Positions 25,466 through 34,707 of a stretch of DNA of 64,000 nt are shown here, piece by piece. Each line of letters starts with the position of its first letter. Position 1 is the first letter of the stretch. The notes under the pieces are model-generated. The model saw only the letters and a program-made list of their open reading frames with translations. It did not search any database and was not told where the DNA came from. The position numbers and the translations under genes were made by a program. Source of the stretch: Candidatus Omnitrophota bacterium (GTDB taxonomy: Bacteria > Omnitrophota > Gorgyraeia > B26-G9); contig JAHITY010000118.1 of the NCBI GenBank assembly GCA_018817165.1, positions 6,526-70,525 on the forward strand. Reading direction: 5' to 3'.

Positions 25466-27142
25466 GTGATTTTCTCTACTGGGGTAAAAATGCTGAATAA
25501 ACAAAAAATATTAAGCGAATTTCTTGAAGCTAAAGGGATCGCTAATTCTGTACAACTTGAGCAAGCTAGGCAAATTCAACAGCGTGTGCAGAAACGTATT
25601 GACCATATCCTTAAAGATTTAGGCGTTAGCTATGACGATAATCTGTCTCAACTGATTATCGAAGAACTTGGGCTTGCTTATGTTGACGGACTAAATTATT
25701 CTTTTGAAAAAAAACTAATAGAACTGTTTAATCCCTTCTTTGCAAAACGTTTTAGAATTATTCCTCTTAAATTAGAATCAGATAAAATCTTAGTAGGTTT
25801 AGATGATCCGATAAATTTTTTGTCATTAGATTATTTTTCCGAAACCGTAGGCTTTATTGTGGAAGCGGAACTTATAACAAAAAAAGATATGGATTATCTG
25901 CTAAAAACTCATTATCAATCTGAAGAAGATGTTGCGCTTACTGACAATGGTTTGGTTGGATCTGAAGCAAATCTTCCGGAGGATGATGCTCCTGTTATTC
26001 AGTTAGTTAGTATGTTAATTTCTGATGCTTATGAAAAAAGAGCAAGCGATATTCATATTGAGCCTATGACTGATTCTTTAAGAATCCGCTATCGGATTGA
26101 TGGTATCTTAAGACAAGTGGAATCTCCAGAGAAAAATTTACAAGCTTCGATAATTAGCAGAATTAAATTAATGGCTGGTTTGAATATTGCTGAGAAAAGA
26201 TTGCCTCAAGATGGCAGGATCAGAACTGTGGTAAATAATAAGGAATTTGATTTAAGAATTTCAACCCTTCCTGCTCATTATGGGGAAAGTGTGGTATTGC
26301 GTATCCTAGATCGCCGAGTTATCAGAATTGAAGAAATGGGTTTTTCTTTGGCTCAGATAGAGAGTTTTAAAAACATTGTAAAAATGCCAAATGGAATAAT
26401 CCTTGTAACTGGCCCTACTGGCAGCGGGAAAAGCACAACTCTTTATGGGGTTTTAAATAGTATTAATCGCGCCAAGAAAAAAATATTAACAGTTGAAGAT
26501 CCGGTTGAGTATCAGATAAGCGGAATAAATCAGGTACAGGTAAAAACAAAAATCGGATTAACTTTCCCCATAGTATTAAGATCGATGTTACGACAAGCTC
26601 CGGATATTATAATGGTTGGAGAAATTCGGGATCTTGAGACGGCTAAAATTGCGGTGCAGTCTGCGCTTACTGGACATCTGATTTTTAGTACATTGCATAC
26701 AAATGACGCGCCAAGTGCGGTAGCGAGAATTGTTGATATGGGAATAAAGCCATATCTTGTCGGAGCTACTTTGCAGGCTATTTTGGCTCAGCGTTTGATT
26801 CGGTTGCTTTGTCCGGATTGTAAGCAATCTTATAAGCCGCCTAAAGATGAAATTAGAATTTTAGAAATTAAACCAAATAGTGAGATCGAAATTTTTAAAG
26901 CTGGGGGTTGCCCGCTTTGTGCTCATACCGGATATTTGGGGCGTACAGGTATTTTTGAGCTCTTAATGATTGATGAAAAAATCAGACGTTTAGCTGGTGA
27001 GCATGTATCGAGCAGTGTTATCAGGGAGCAGGCCAGAGCATCAGGGATGACTACATTAAAAGAGCATGCTCGGGATAAAGTGTTGGAGGGCTTAACCACC
27101 TTTCAGGAACTTGTTAGAGTTACTCAGAGCGATGTGGATTGA
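25466..27142 (+). CDS. GspE/PilB-family ATPase (second copy)
   Basis: T2SSE_N-type N-terminus, GPTGSGKSTT, tetracysteine CPDCK...CPLCAHTGYLGR. Confidence 0.85.
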   Translation: MIFSTGVKMLNKQKILSEFLEAKGIANSVQLEQARQIQQRVQKRIDHILKDLGVSYDDNLSQLIIEELGLAYVDGLNYSFEKKLIELFNPFFAKRFRIIPLKLESDKILVGLDDPINFLSLDYFSETVGFIVEAELITKKDMDYLLKTHYQSEEDVALTDNGLVGSEANLPEDDAPVIQLVSMLISDAYEKRASDIHIEPMTDSLRIRYRIDGILRQVESPEKNLQASIISRIKLMAGLNIAEKRLPQDGRIRTVVNNKEFDLRISTLPAHYGESVVLRILDRRVIRIEEMGFSLAQIESFKNIVKMPNGIILVTGPTGSGKSTTLYGVLNSINRAKKKILTVEDPVEYQISGINQVQVKTKIGLTFPIVLRSMLRQAPDIIMVGEIRDLETAKIAVQSALTGHLIFSTLHTNDAPSAVARIVDMGIKPYLVGATLQAILAQRLIRLLCPDCKQSYKPPKDEIRILEIKPNSEIEIFKAGGCPLCAHTGYLGRTGIFELLMIDEKIRRLAGEHVSSSVIREQARASGMTTLKEHARDKVLEGLTTFQELVRVTQSDVD

Positions 27143-27159
27143 ACAGAGAACAGATAGAG

Positions 27160-27290
27160 CGGAAAGGGTAGTCGGTGACGAAGCCCGTATCGGTAACGGT
27201 CACGGTTAAAAATAATGAATTTTAAGCCGAAAGACGTTGCCCTAAAACGAAACGGGTATCGTAACCTTAACCATAACCTTTTAAAAATGA
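27160..27290 (+). repeat. Family B structured repeat, copy 3, between the ATPase gene and pilT
   Basis: gacgaagcccgtatcggtaa ... cgaaacgggtatcgtaacc cores shared with 7727-7880, 10165-10328 and 58990-59112. Confidence 0.75.
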
Positions 27291-27303
27291 AGGGGGTGAA
27301 AAC

Positions 27304-28368
27304 ATGGTAGATATTGGAGAACTATTACAGCTATGTGTTAAGCATAATGCTTCGGATTTGCATTTAACTGTAGGTAAACCGCCAACGCTGCGCATTGACG
27401 GATCATTGATGTCTTTAAATTATGAACCGCTGGGGCATGAAGAAACTGAGGGATTGATGAAGTCACTGACCAGTAATGATAATCAGCGGCGGATTCAGGA
27501 AGTGGGGGGAGTTGATTTTGGTTTTGCGTTTGAAAAAATAGCCAGATTCCGTGTGTCTGTTTATAAACAAAAAGGACATTATGGTTTGACTTTGCGTCTA
27601 ATTCCCACTCATTTGCTTAGCTTTCAAGAAATTGGAGTTAGCGATGTGGTCAAGCAGTTGCTTTATCGTCCTCGGGGCTTAATTTTAGTTACCGGACCTA
27701 CAGGGTCTGGAAAAACCACAACTTTAGCAACAATGACGGATTTTATAAATACTGAGCGCGATGCGCATATTATTACAATAGAAGATCCAATAGAATATTA
27801 TCATACGCATAAAAAAGGGATTATTACGCAAAGAGAATTAGGCGTAGATGTGCCTAGTTTTAGTGAAGCCTTGATAAAAGGCTTGCGTCAAAATCCTGAT
27901 GTAATCCTAGTTGGTGAAATGCGGGACTTAGCAACTATTGAAGCGGCAATTTTAGCTGCGGAGACAGGCCATTTGGTTTTGGCGACTTTACATACAACCA
28001 GCGCGGCAAGAACTGTAGACAGAATCATTGATGTTTTTCCTCCTAATCAACAAGAACAGATAAGGACACAGTTATCTACTTCAATATTAGCGGTAATTTC
28101 GCAGCAATTAATTCCTAAAGCTTCTGGCCGAGGTCGAATCGCGGCTTTTGAGCTGATGATTAATACATCTTCGATTCAAAATCTTATTAGAGAAAAGAAA
28201 ACATATAGAATTACTTCTGATTTGCAGACTGGGGCAAAATATGGTATGAAGACATTTGATTCTTCTTTATATGAATTATATTCAAATGGCACAATTCGCT
28301 CAGAAGATGCGATTGATAAGGCATTTGACCAAGATGCTATGCGAGCAAAAGTCGAAGGCAAACTATAA
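27304..28368 (+). CDS. pilT: PilT twitching-motility (retraction) ATPase
   Basis: Lacks an N-terminal domain. [31 protein letters not shown] and the [11 protein letters not shown]-type motif are present. Confidence 0.85.
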   Translation: MVDIGELLQLCVKHNASDLHLTVGKPPTLRIDGSLMSLNYEPLGHEETEGLMKSLTSNDNQRRIQEVGGVDFGFAFEKIARFRVSVYKQKGHYGLTLRLIPTHLLSFQEIGVSDVVKQLLYRPRGLILVTGPTGSGKTTTLATMTDFINTERDAHIITIEDPIEYYHTHKKGIITQRELGVDVPSFSEALIKGLRQNPDVILVGEMRDLATIEAAILAAETGHLVLATLHTTSAARTVDRIIDVFPPNQQEQIRTQLSTSILAVISQQLIPKASGRGRIAAFELMINTSSIQNLIREKKTYRITSDLQTGAKYGMKTFDSSLYELYSNGTIRSEDAIDKAFDQDAMRAKVEGKL

Positions 28369-28408
28369 GAAAATTGTTTGTAAATCCAGGTTTATTTAGG
28401 AATCAACT

Positions 28409-30112
28409 ATGAGCAATCTATTTAAATTTAAAACAATCGGCACTATTTTACAAGAACGCGGGTTGATAAGTAAAGTAGATCTGAAAGAAGGCCTTGAAAG
28501 CCAAAAGACAAGCGGTTTGCCTTTGGGTAAAATTCTTGTAAACATGGGGATTATTACCGAGGGTCAACTGCTTAATGCTTTAGGTATTCAGGCTCGGCTG
28601 GAAACAGTTGAACTGGAACAGTTTTCAGTTCCGACAGACGTTTTGGAAAAAATTCCTGGGTCAATTGCTCGTTTGTATAATATCCTCCCGCTTAATTTTG
28701 AAACCGGAACGCTTACAATAGCGACATCTGATCCATTTAATTTTAGTATAATTGATGATTTGCGGTTTATGTTTAATTGTAATATTAAAGCTAAAATAGC
28801 AACCAGAGTGAGTATTGCTGAGGCAATTAAAAAATATTATGGCTCAGACATCGAACGTGTTGATGAGATTTTTTCTGAGATCAGTAATAATATTCCAGAA
28901 CTTATTGAAGAAGCTTCTCGCGCGGATAATATAGAAGAACTTTCGGCGCAGTTACCAATTGTTAAGTTGATAAATTTAATTCTTATTCAGGCGATTAAAA
29001 AGAAGGCTTCCGATATCCATTTTGAACCTTTTCAGGATGAATTTAAAATACGTTATCGTCTGGACGGAGTACTTTATGATGTTGTTTCACCTCCGAAAAT
29101 TCTGCACATAGCGATAAGTTCAAGGATTAAGGTTATGGCGAACTTGAACATAGCGGAAACAAGATTACCACAAGATGGGCGTACGCTTGTGCGGATTGCC
29201 GGAAGAATGGTTGATATGCGTGTATCAACTTTACCAACAATTTTCGGAGAAAGTGTTGTAATTAGAATATTAGATAAAGCAACAGTGCAATTATCATTGG
29301 ATGATTTAGGTTTTAAGGAAGATATAAAAAATAAAATACTTTCCTTAATTAAAAAACCGTATGGGATAATATTGAGCACTGGGCCGACTGGATGCGGTAA
29401 GACAACAACTCAATATTCGGCATTAAGCCAGATAAATACAATTGAACAAAAAATAATTACGGTTGAAGATCCGGTGGAATTTGATTTGCCGGGTTTAATC
29501 CAGGTTTCAGTACGACCAAAAATTAATTTTACATTTCCGATTGCCTTGAGGCATATCCTTAGACAAGATCCGGATATAATTATGGTCGGAGAAATTCGGG
29601 ATACAGAAACTGTGCAAATGGCAATTCATGCTTCTTTGACCGGACATCTTGTTTTTTCTACATTGCATACTAATGATGCTCCCAGTGCGGTGACAAGGCT
29701 GATTGATATGGGGGTGGAACCTTTTTTAATTGCTTCGGCTGTTGAGGCAGTTTTGGCTCAAAGGCTTGTTCGCTGTATTTGTTTGAATTGTAAACAAGAA
29801 TATGTGCCGACAAAAAAAGAGTTTGCGGAGTCAGTGATTGACCCGGCAGAAGTTGATAATCAGAAGTTTTACAAAGGTTCTGGATGCGGGCAGTGTAATA
29901 ATTCCGGGTATCGGGGGCGAGTGGGTATTTTTGAATTAATGGTTTTAGATGAGGATTTGCGCTCACTTGTTCTTGATCGAGTAACTGTTAGTCAATTGCG
30001 CAAACAAGCAATTAAAAATGGGATGAGGACATTAAGAGAGGATGCAGTATTAAAAGTATTTCAAGGGATAACAACTTTAGAGGAACTAATTAATATAAGT
30101 TCTAATTATTAA
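28409..30112 (+). CDS. pilB: PilB/GspE-family assembly ATPase (third copy) with a tandem MshEN-like N-terminal motif
   Basis: GPTGCGKTTT, CLNCK...CGQCNNSGYRGR. The N-terminus has TIGTILQERGLISKVDLKEGLESQ and PLGKILVNMGIITEGQLLNALGIQ, resembling the 24-aa MshEN motif. Confidence 0.85.
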   Translation: MSNLFKFKTIGTILQERGLISKVDLKEGLESQKTSGLPLGKILVNMGIITEGQLLNALGIQARLETVELEQFSVPTDVLEKIPGSIARLYNILPLNFETGTLTIATSDPFNFSIIDDLRFMFNCNIKAKIATRVSIAEAIKKYYGSDIERVDEIFSEISNNIPELIEEASRADNIEELSAQLPIVKLINLILIQAIKKKASDIHFEPFQDEFKIRYRLDGVLYDVVSPPKILHIAISSRIKVMANLNIAETRLPQDGRTLVRIAGRMVDMRVSTLPTIFGESVVIRILDKATVQLSLDDLGFKEDIKNKILSLIKKPYGIILSTGPTGCGKTTTQYSALSQINTIEQKIITVEDPVEFDLPGLIQVSVRPKINFTFPIALRHILRQDPDIIMVGEIRDTETVQMAIHASLTGHLVFSTLHTNDAPSAVTRLIDMGVEPFLIASAVEAVLAQRLVRCICLNCKQEYVPTKKEFAESVIDPAEVDNQKFYKGSGCGQCNNSGYRGRVGIFELMVLDEDLRSLVLDRVTVSQLRKQAIKNGMRTLREDAVLKVFQGITTLEELINISSNY

Positions 30113-30143
30113 TAATCCAATTTATAACCAAAAATAGAAAACA

Positions 30144-31394
30144 GTGAAAATGGAAAAATTTAATTATGTAGCTGTAAAAAAAGATGGTTCGGATATTAAG
30201 GGGATTGTCGAAGCAGTAAATTTAAATGATGCTTTGACTAAAATTAAGGCAATGGGATATTATCCCTCTCAAGTTTTGCCTGATAAGAAAAATAATAAAA
30301 AAGACTCGATTAGTAATTCATTTTTTGCGCGATTAAATTTTCTTAATTTATCTGGTCATAAAATTAAAGAGATGGATCTGGTGATTTTTACTAGACAGCT
30401 TTCAGTTTTACTTGATGCGGGCTTATCTTTAGTTCGTGCTTTGCACGCTTTGCAAAAACAATCCCGGTTTAAATCGATGAATGAAATTATTTCCGATATT
30501 GTTGATATGATTGAATCAGGCAGGGCATTTAGTGATGCTTTGGCGCATTATCCCGTGACTTTTTCCAAAGTTTATATAAATATAGTTAAAGCTGGAGAGA
30601 CCGGGGGAGCGATGGATCAGGTGCTGCGACGTTTGGCTGATTTTTTAGAAAGAAATTTAAAATTACGGCAAAGAATTAATGCTGCCTTGATTTATCCTAG
30701 TCTTGTTCTTGCTGTATCGGTTTCGATTTTAATTCTTGTAATTGTTTTTGTTATTCCTAAATTTATGGAAATGTTTCAGGGTACGGGTATAGCCTTACCT
30801 TTTTTAACTTTAAGCATTATGTCTTTAAGTGATTTTATGTTAACTAAATGGTATGTGTTTATAGCGGGGATAGTTGGATTAATAGCCGGCTATAAAATGT
30901 TGTTGAGTAATTTTACGTTTCGTAAGTTTATTGATAATTTTAAATTAAACATTCCAGTTTTAGGGGGATTGACTAAAAAGGTTATTGCTGCGCGCTTTTC
31001 CCGCACTCTTTCAACTTTATTGTCAGGCGGAGTTCCCATATTGCGCGCTTTAGAATTAACCAAGGAAGTTATTGATAATGAGGTAGTGGCAACTGCGATT
31101 GCTGATGTCTCCGATCATGTTAGGGAGGGTGGCTTTATTTCTAAAGTGCTGGAACATAATTCGGCATTCCCTCAGTTGATGGTTAATATGATTTCTGTTG
31201 GTGAAGAAAGCGGTGCCTTGGATAAGATGCTGTCTAAAGTTGCTGATACTTATGAAGAAGAGGTTGATGTTACGGCTAATACCTTAACATCACTTTTGGA
31301 ACCTTTTCTGGTTATTATCATGGGCGGAGTTGTTTTGCTAATAGTTTTAGCGATGTTTTTACCTTTAATGACGCTTATTCAGTCACTAACTTAA
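30144..31394 (+). CDS. pilC: PilC/GspF platform protein (second copy)
   Basis: 416 aa with two T2SSF repeats and TM segments. Confidence 0.85.
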   Translation: MKMEKFNYVAVKKDGSDIKGIVEAVNLNDALTKIKAMGYYPSQVLPDKKNNKKDSISNSFFARLNFLNLSGHKIKEMDLVIFTRQLSVLLDAGLSLVRALHALQKQSRFKSMNEIISDIVDMIESGRAFSDALAHYPVTFSKVYINIVKAGETGGAMDQVLRRLADFLERNLKLRQRINAALIYPSLVLAVSVSILILVIVFVIPKFMEMFQGTGIALPFLTLSIMSLSDFMLTKWYVFIAGIVGLIAGYKMLLSNFTFRKFIDNFKLNIPVLGGLTKKVIAARFSRTLSTLLSGGVPILRALELTKEVIDNEVVATAIADVSDHVREGGFISKVLEHNSAFPQLMVNMISVGEESGALDKMLSKVADTYEEEVDVTANTLTSLLEPFLVIIMGGVVLLIVLAMFLPLMTLIQSLT

Positions 31395-31466
31395 TGATAT
31401 AAAATAAGTTATGTTGCATGTTTAATTTTTGTATTTTTTGTTAAAATTAAATTCAGCAGGTATAAG

Positions 31467-31495
31467 TTGACAAACCTTTATAAATGTGCTATATA
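31467..31495 (+). promoter_or_regulatory. Putative promoter for the pilMNOPQ sub-operon: TTGACA, a 17-nt spacer, and an extended -10 TGcTATATA
   Basis: TTGACA at 31467-31472 and TATATA at 31490-31495, preceded by TG. Confidence 0.45.
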
Positions 31496-31665
31496 TTATG
31501 TAATATATAAGAGTTAGAACTTCTGTATAAGCGAGTGTAAATGCAAGCGTCTTCCATTTTAAAAAGCCTTTTCAAAGGGATGAATAGGTATCTATGGGTA
31601 TTGAAACTATCTTAGTGTCTTACCTGGTTAAATTTAAAAAGGATAAATAATATTTAGGTTGTTTT

Positions 31666-33264
31666 ATGTCTATTGATAAAAATATATTTTTAGGTATTGA
31701 TATTGGTTCAAGCTCCTTGAAAATTGCTCTTTTGAGCAAGGATAAGGGGGGCAGAATTAAATTGCTTAAAGCTGTTTGTCATGAATATACTAGCTACCCT
31801 GTAACTTCCGATAATCACAATCAAACTGAATTACTCGCCTATTTTTTGAAGAAATTTCTGATCAAAGAGAATATTAATCGGGATACTCGGATAGGTATAT
31901 CTATTGCCGGCCAAGCGGCTTTTGTTAGATTAGTTAAAGTCCCAATTACTGCGCCGGAAAAGTTACGTCAGATCGTGCTTTATGAGACGCAGCAACAGGT
32001 TCCATTTCCGATTAATGAAGTTGTTTGGGATTTTCAGATATATGGTAGGGATAAAAAACAGTTAAGTGTTCTTTTAGCAGCTGTAAAAAAGGAACTTACT
32101 GGTTCCATTTTAAGCATTATCAGTGAGTTTTCCTTAAATGTGGAATTTATTGATGTAAGCAATCTTGCTTTGTATAATTGTTTGCATTATTTTTATCGGG
32201 ATCTTAAAGAAACTTTGGTTCTAGATATTGGGGCTAAGACTACAAATATTATCATTATAAGTGAGGAGAAATTTTGGACAAGAAGTTTACCCCTTGGCGG
32301 TCAAGATATTACTGATTCAATCGCGGTTGCGCTTAAAGTCGATAATGGTGTGGCTGAGAAAATTAAAAGAGAGCAGGGTAAAGTTGCAATGCTTTATTAT
32401 GGACAAAAGCTTTCTTCTGATACTCAGGAACAAAAAATTGCGGAGGCAATTACCGCGATACTTACCGATATGACCAATGAAATTGTTAAGACTTTGAATT
32501 TTTATAAGTCTCAGCATAAATCTGAGATGAATTTTAAAAAAGTATTATTAACTGGGGGTGTGAGCAAAGTTGATAATATCGATAAGTTTTTTGAGAATAG
32601 TCTATCTTTACCTGTGGAAAAGTTGGATTATTTTAATTTTCTGGGTTTTAGCCAAAAAGTTGACATGTCAATCAATGAGTTCTTTGGTCCGGCAATCGGG
32701 TTAGCTTTACGTGGTCATGGCCGCTCAATGCTCAATATTAATTTATTATCCCAAGAATACTTGAAAAAGAAAAATTTCAGTAAAAAAATTCCGTTTATTT
32801 TAAGCGCTTTTGTTTTTTTGGGATTGATATTACTTGGTTTTTTTATGCTGTTATTGAGTAAGAATGCTGAATTATCTGATTATTTTAAGAAAATAAATAA
32901 TCAGGTTAATCAATATGAACAATCAGCGAAACAATTAGATGCTTTGAAGCAAGATATTAATGAAATCCAAAAAAATCAAAAGTCAATGAATGCGATTATA
33001 AATGCACGGTATCAAGCAATAGAAATACTGAGTAAAATCACGCAAGCTATGCCTGGAGCAGTCTGGATTAAGAATTTAGATTTAAATTTAGAACTTAAAA
33101 CTATTGTTCTCGAGGGGAATTGCGGTAAGGATTTGAATGCGGTAGATCATTTTCAAAATAAAATCAAATCGCAAGATATTTTTAAAGATGTAAAACTGAA
33201 TACTGTTGGCAAACAAGCTGATGGAAGTATAGACTTTTCAATGACAATATTTATAAACAAATAG
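31666..33264 (+). CDS. pilM: PilM-PilN fusion: actin-like PilM, then a TM segment and the coiled-coil and periplasmic PilN part
   Basis: FLGIDIGSSSLKIAL N-terminus with an ATPase-like fold. A TM segment IPFILSAFVFLGLILLGFFMLLL lies near aa 375, followed by a coiled coil. Confidence 0.65.
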   Translation: MSIDKNIFLGIDIGSSSLKIALLSKDKGGRIKLLKAVCHEYTSYPVTSDNHNQTELLAYFLKKFLIKENINRDTRIGISIAGQAAFVRLVKVPITAPEKLRQIVLYETQQQVPFPINEVVWDFQIYGRDKKQLSVLLAAVKKELTGSILSIISEFSLNVEFIDVSNLALYNCLHYFYRDLKETLVLDIGAKTTNIIIISEEKFWTRSLPLGGQDITDSIAVALKVDNGVAEKIKREQGKVAMLYYGQKLSSDTQEQKIAEAITAILTDMTNEIVKTLNFYKSQHKSEMNFKKVLLTGGVSKVDNIDKFFENSLSLPVEKLDYFNFLGFSQKVDMSINEFFGPAIGLALRGHGRSMLNINLLSQEYLKKKNFSKKIPFILSAFVFLGLILLGFFMLLLSKNAELSDYFKKINNQVNQYEQSAKQLDALKQDINEIQKNQKSMNAIINARYQAIEILSKITQAMPGAVWIKNLDLNLELKTIVLEGNCGKDLNAVDHFQNKIKSQDIFKDVKLNTVGKQADGSIDFSMTIFINK

Positions 33265-33275
33265 AGATTTATATA

Positions 33276-34007
33276 ATGGAAATATTTTTAATCAAAAATT
33301 TCAGAAAAACATTTACAAGTATTGTTCTTATCGCAATCACTTGTGCTGGTTTGATATTAGCGATTATAGCAGCTGGTTTATTCAATTCTAATTTAAACCC
33401 AAAATTAGGGGATTTAGAAAAAAGGCTTATAATTTACAAAAAAACTTTAGGTAATAATCCGGAGCAATTGATCGCAGGTAAAAAAATATATAAAAGTCAA
33501 TTATTAGAAAAGAATGAAAAAATCAATAATATGTTTACAAAGCCGAATTATGTTAGTAGTACTCCGCTTTCTTTCAAACAGCTTTTGTTTAGCGCTCAGG
33601 ATAGATTGAAAGTAGAAGCGCATAAAAAAAATTTAAAATTGTCTGAATGGTTAGGATTTGATGAATATAAAATAAATGTTCCGGAGGCTGCTATTACTGA
33701 TGTTTTAACCCAGGAATTAAACGTAATTGAGGCGCTAGTTACTGGCGCAATAGATAGCGGTGTGAGCTCAATTGATAATATTAAATTATCTCATCAGAGA
33801 CTGTCCGTGACGGTAGCGGATAAGAAGTTTAGCTATTTGCCGATATCTTTATCAATTAAATCAGGTTCGGGACAAATGAAAGCTTTTTTAATGAATATTT
33901 CAAAAATGCCTGGTATTTTTGAAATAATCCAATTAAAAGTCAAGAGTGTTGATCAGGATAAGAATATGTTATCTACGGATATAATTCTACAATTTATTGA
34001 GATATGA
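33276..34007 (+). CDS. pilO: PilO-like bitopic protein
   Basis: N-terminal TM helix, coiled coil and periplasmic domain, in the position between pilN and pilP/Q. Confidence 0.4.
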   Translation: MEIFLIKNFRKTFTSIVLIAITCAGLILAIIAAGLFNSNLNPKLGDLEKRLIIYKKTLGNNPEQLIAGKKIYKSQLLEKNEKINNMFTKPNYVSSTPLSFKQLLFSAQDRLKVEAHKKNLKLSEWLGFDEYKINVPEAAITDVLTQELNVIEALVTGAIDSGVSSIDNIKLSHQRLSVTVADKKFSYLPISLSIKSGSGQMKAFLMNISKMPGIFEIIQLKVKSVDQDKNMLSTDIILQFIEI

Positions 34008-34707
34008 AAATATGAATAAAATATATGATAAGTTAGATAAAATAATTTGTTTTATTATGGCAGGATTATTTATTGTCAGCAGTTATTTATTTATAGGTAA
34101 TAGTTATAATTATAAAATATCTATGGAGCAGAAGAAAAATGCTTTAATTGTTGAAAATAAAAATGAGAATAATGATTTATTGCCAGAAGGTTTACTTTTA
34201 GACCCTGATCCTAAAGCAGCGATTGATTTGCTTGCAATAAAAAGAAATATTTTTGTTCCGTTTGAAGATGATGAGAAAAGGGTAACGTTTGATAATCCTG
34301 TCCTGGAATTATTGGATATATCATATAAACCGCTTGGTTTTCAATATCAAGGAAGAATTATTTATCCAAATGGCAAGATCGTAGCTCAAATTAATGCGAA
34401 TAATAAAAGTTATTTAGTTCAGCTGGGTGCAAAAGTGGGAGATTATAAAGTTACTCACCTGGATAAAAATTCAGTTGTCCTAAAAATGAAAAAAGGAGAA
34501 TCTTTGGATATAAAATATCTGCAACAAGGCTATAGTGATGAATTGATGGCAAAAATTAAAGACAATATTTCTGGAAAGATTGAAACAGTTTATAAAAATA
34601 GTGATATATTCGGCTATAAGGTGCTTGACATAGACAGAGATTTTGTGATATTGTCTAAGTTAGGTCAGCAGTTACGGTTACAGAAAGGAATGGTGCAAAC
34701 GAAATGA
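33997..34707 (+). CDS. pilP: PilP-like protein, membrane-anchored and beta-rich
   Basis: Lies immediately upstream of the secretin gene with a 4-nt overlap. N-terminal anchor and a beta-rich C-terminus. Confidence 0.3.
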   Translation: MRYENMNKIYDKLDKIICFIMAGLFIVSSYLFIGNSYNYKISMEQKKNALIVENKNENNDLLPEGLLLDPDPKAAIDLLAIKRNIFVPFEDDEKRVTFDNPVLELLDISYKPLGFQYQGRIIYPNGKIVAQINANNKSYLVQLGAKVGDYKVTHLDKNSVVLKMKKGESLDIKYLQQGYSDELMAKIKDNISGKIETVYKNSDIFGYKVLDIDRDFVILSKLGQQLRLQKGMVQTK

